From the IMG/VR virus record IMGVR_UViG_3300029060_000343: DNA of 64,000 bases, one strand, 5' to 3'. The notes under the pieces were generated by a model. It was given only the letters and a program-made list of their open reading frames with translations. It was not told the origin of the DNA and did not search any database. Below are positions 63,416 to 64,000 of this stretch, in pieces (within the stretch, counting starts at the first letter, position 1; each line of letters starts with the position of its first letter). The DNA is from a virus. A program made the translations under genes and the position numbers.

Positions 63416-64000
63416 TTAGGCAATATAATGAATATCCATATCATAATTCAATGCGATTTTTACATAAGTAATATGCATATTTTTATATGCATCCATATGG
63501 CTCTCATCGATGTAATCATCATTAAAATCTACTTTAACTGCATCTCCGGAAACAACAAAGCTGTTTGTTTTCTTTTCATAGATCGCATCTTTCCCTAAAA
63601 AAACAATATTGATACTATTATTCGCATTATCATCTACCCAGAACCTATTTCTATTTGTACCAAACAGATTTAGGCTAACGGATTCATTACAGAAGGTAAA
63701 GCCTTCCTGTGTATAAACTGTTACCGAATAAGTAGTATCTTTTTCGCCGGTATTTACAATATTCAGATCCATAATTGCATCTTCAAAAGTTTCCCCATCA
63801 TTCAATTCCAAAGCAATCGCAGAAAGACAATCATAATTAAGCTTAATCTTTTTGGAGAATGCTACTACCTTATGAATCTCAGAATGATATTCCGGTGCTA
63901 ACTTATCCAATAAGTACTCTCTTACCTCTTCTGCAGTAGGATAGTTGAATCTAAAATGATAATGAAATCTACCGGGTCTATTAATTAGATATTCATTTAA
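63416..64000 (-). CDS. hypothetical protein, partial (open to window end)
   Basis: The frame stays open upstream of the ORF-track TTG start through to position 64000 (…LNEYLINRPGRFHYHFRFNYPTAEEVREYLLDKLAPEY…). Confidence 0.45.
   Translation of the reverse strand, partial: LNEYLINRPGRFHYHFRFNYPTAEEVREYLLDKLAPEYHSEIHKVVAFSKKIKLNYDCLSAIALELNDGETFEDAIMDLNIVNTGEKDTTYSVTVYTQEGFTFCNESVSLNLFGTNRNRFWVDDNANNSINIVFLGKDAIYEKKTNSFVVSGDAVKVDFNDDYIDESHMDAYKNMHITYVKIALNYDMDIHYIA

Noticed and set aside
1-64000. CRISPR array
   Set aside because: The only short dispersed repeat is the intergenic motif, which is spaced by whole genes (0.3-2 kb) and not by regular 25-40-bp spacers. The tandem repeats at 7.4-7.8 kb are coding (LRV protein).
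1-64000. Alternative genetic code (stop-codon reassignment), as seen in some megaphages
   Set aside because: Long ORFs (687, 562, 561, 536, 488 aa) are intact under the standard code, and the gene-to-gene spacing is already tight. No in-frame stop pattern was noticed.

Overview
The window is low-GC, Firmicutes/Clostridia-like DNA (AGGAGG-type ribosome-binding sites) and is coded almost entirely on the minus strand. I read it as part of a large mobile element, most likely a jumbo phage or prophage, but an unusual chromosomal island cannot be excluded from sequence alone.

The evidence for that reading is:
- Around 95 mostly small genes, where nearly every transcription unit is a separate module: a hairpin terminator, then a conserved ~17-nt intergenic motif (≥34 copies), then an RBS, then the start codon.
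- Canonical sigma-A-type promoters (TTGACA-N17-TATAGT) on the few plus-strand genes and in front of the tRNA array.
- A minus-strand array of 36 tRNAs (37.99–42.35 kb) that appears to cover all 20 amino acids and includes several structurally unusual tRNAs.
- Two IS200/IS605-family tnpB-only elements, plus a solo copy of one right end.
- Phage-type accessory genes: a BRO-N antirepressor, an SLT lysozyme, an SSB-like protein, a DprA-like protein, Dcm, a HAD nucleotidase, a metallophosphoesterase and a macro domain protein.
- Host-like envelope and signalling genes inside the same architecture: signal peptidase I, a PASTA protein, HD-GYP, a flotillin, a DivIC/FtsB-like protein, a methyl-accepting chemotaxis protein and a DHH/DHHA1 phosphoesterase.

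The most unusual locus is a pair of radical SAM enzymes (one viperin/SPASM-core-like, one RlmN/Cfr-like) with a small SAM-methyltransferase and an embedded micro-ORF with an attenuator-like hairpin (14.6–16.9 kb).

All calls are made by eye from the sequence and the ORF track. Coordinates of tRNAs and small elements are approximate (about ±3 nt).
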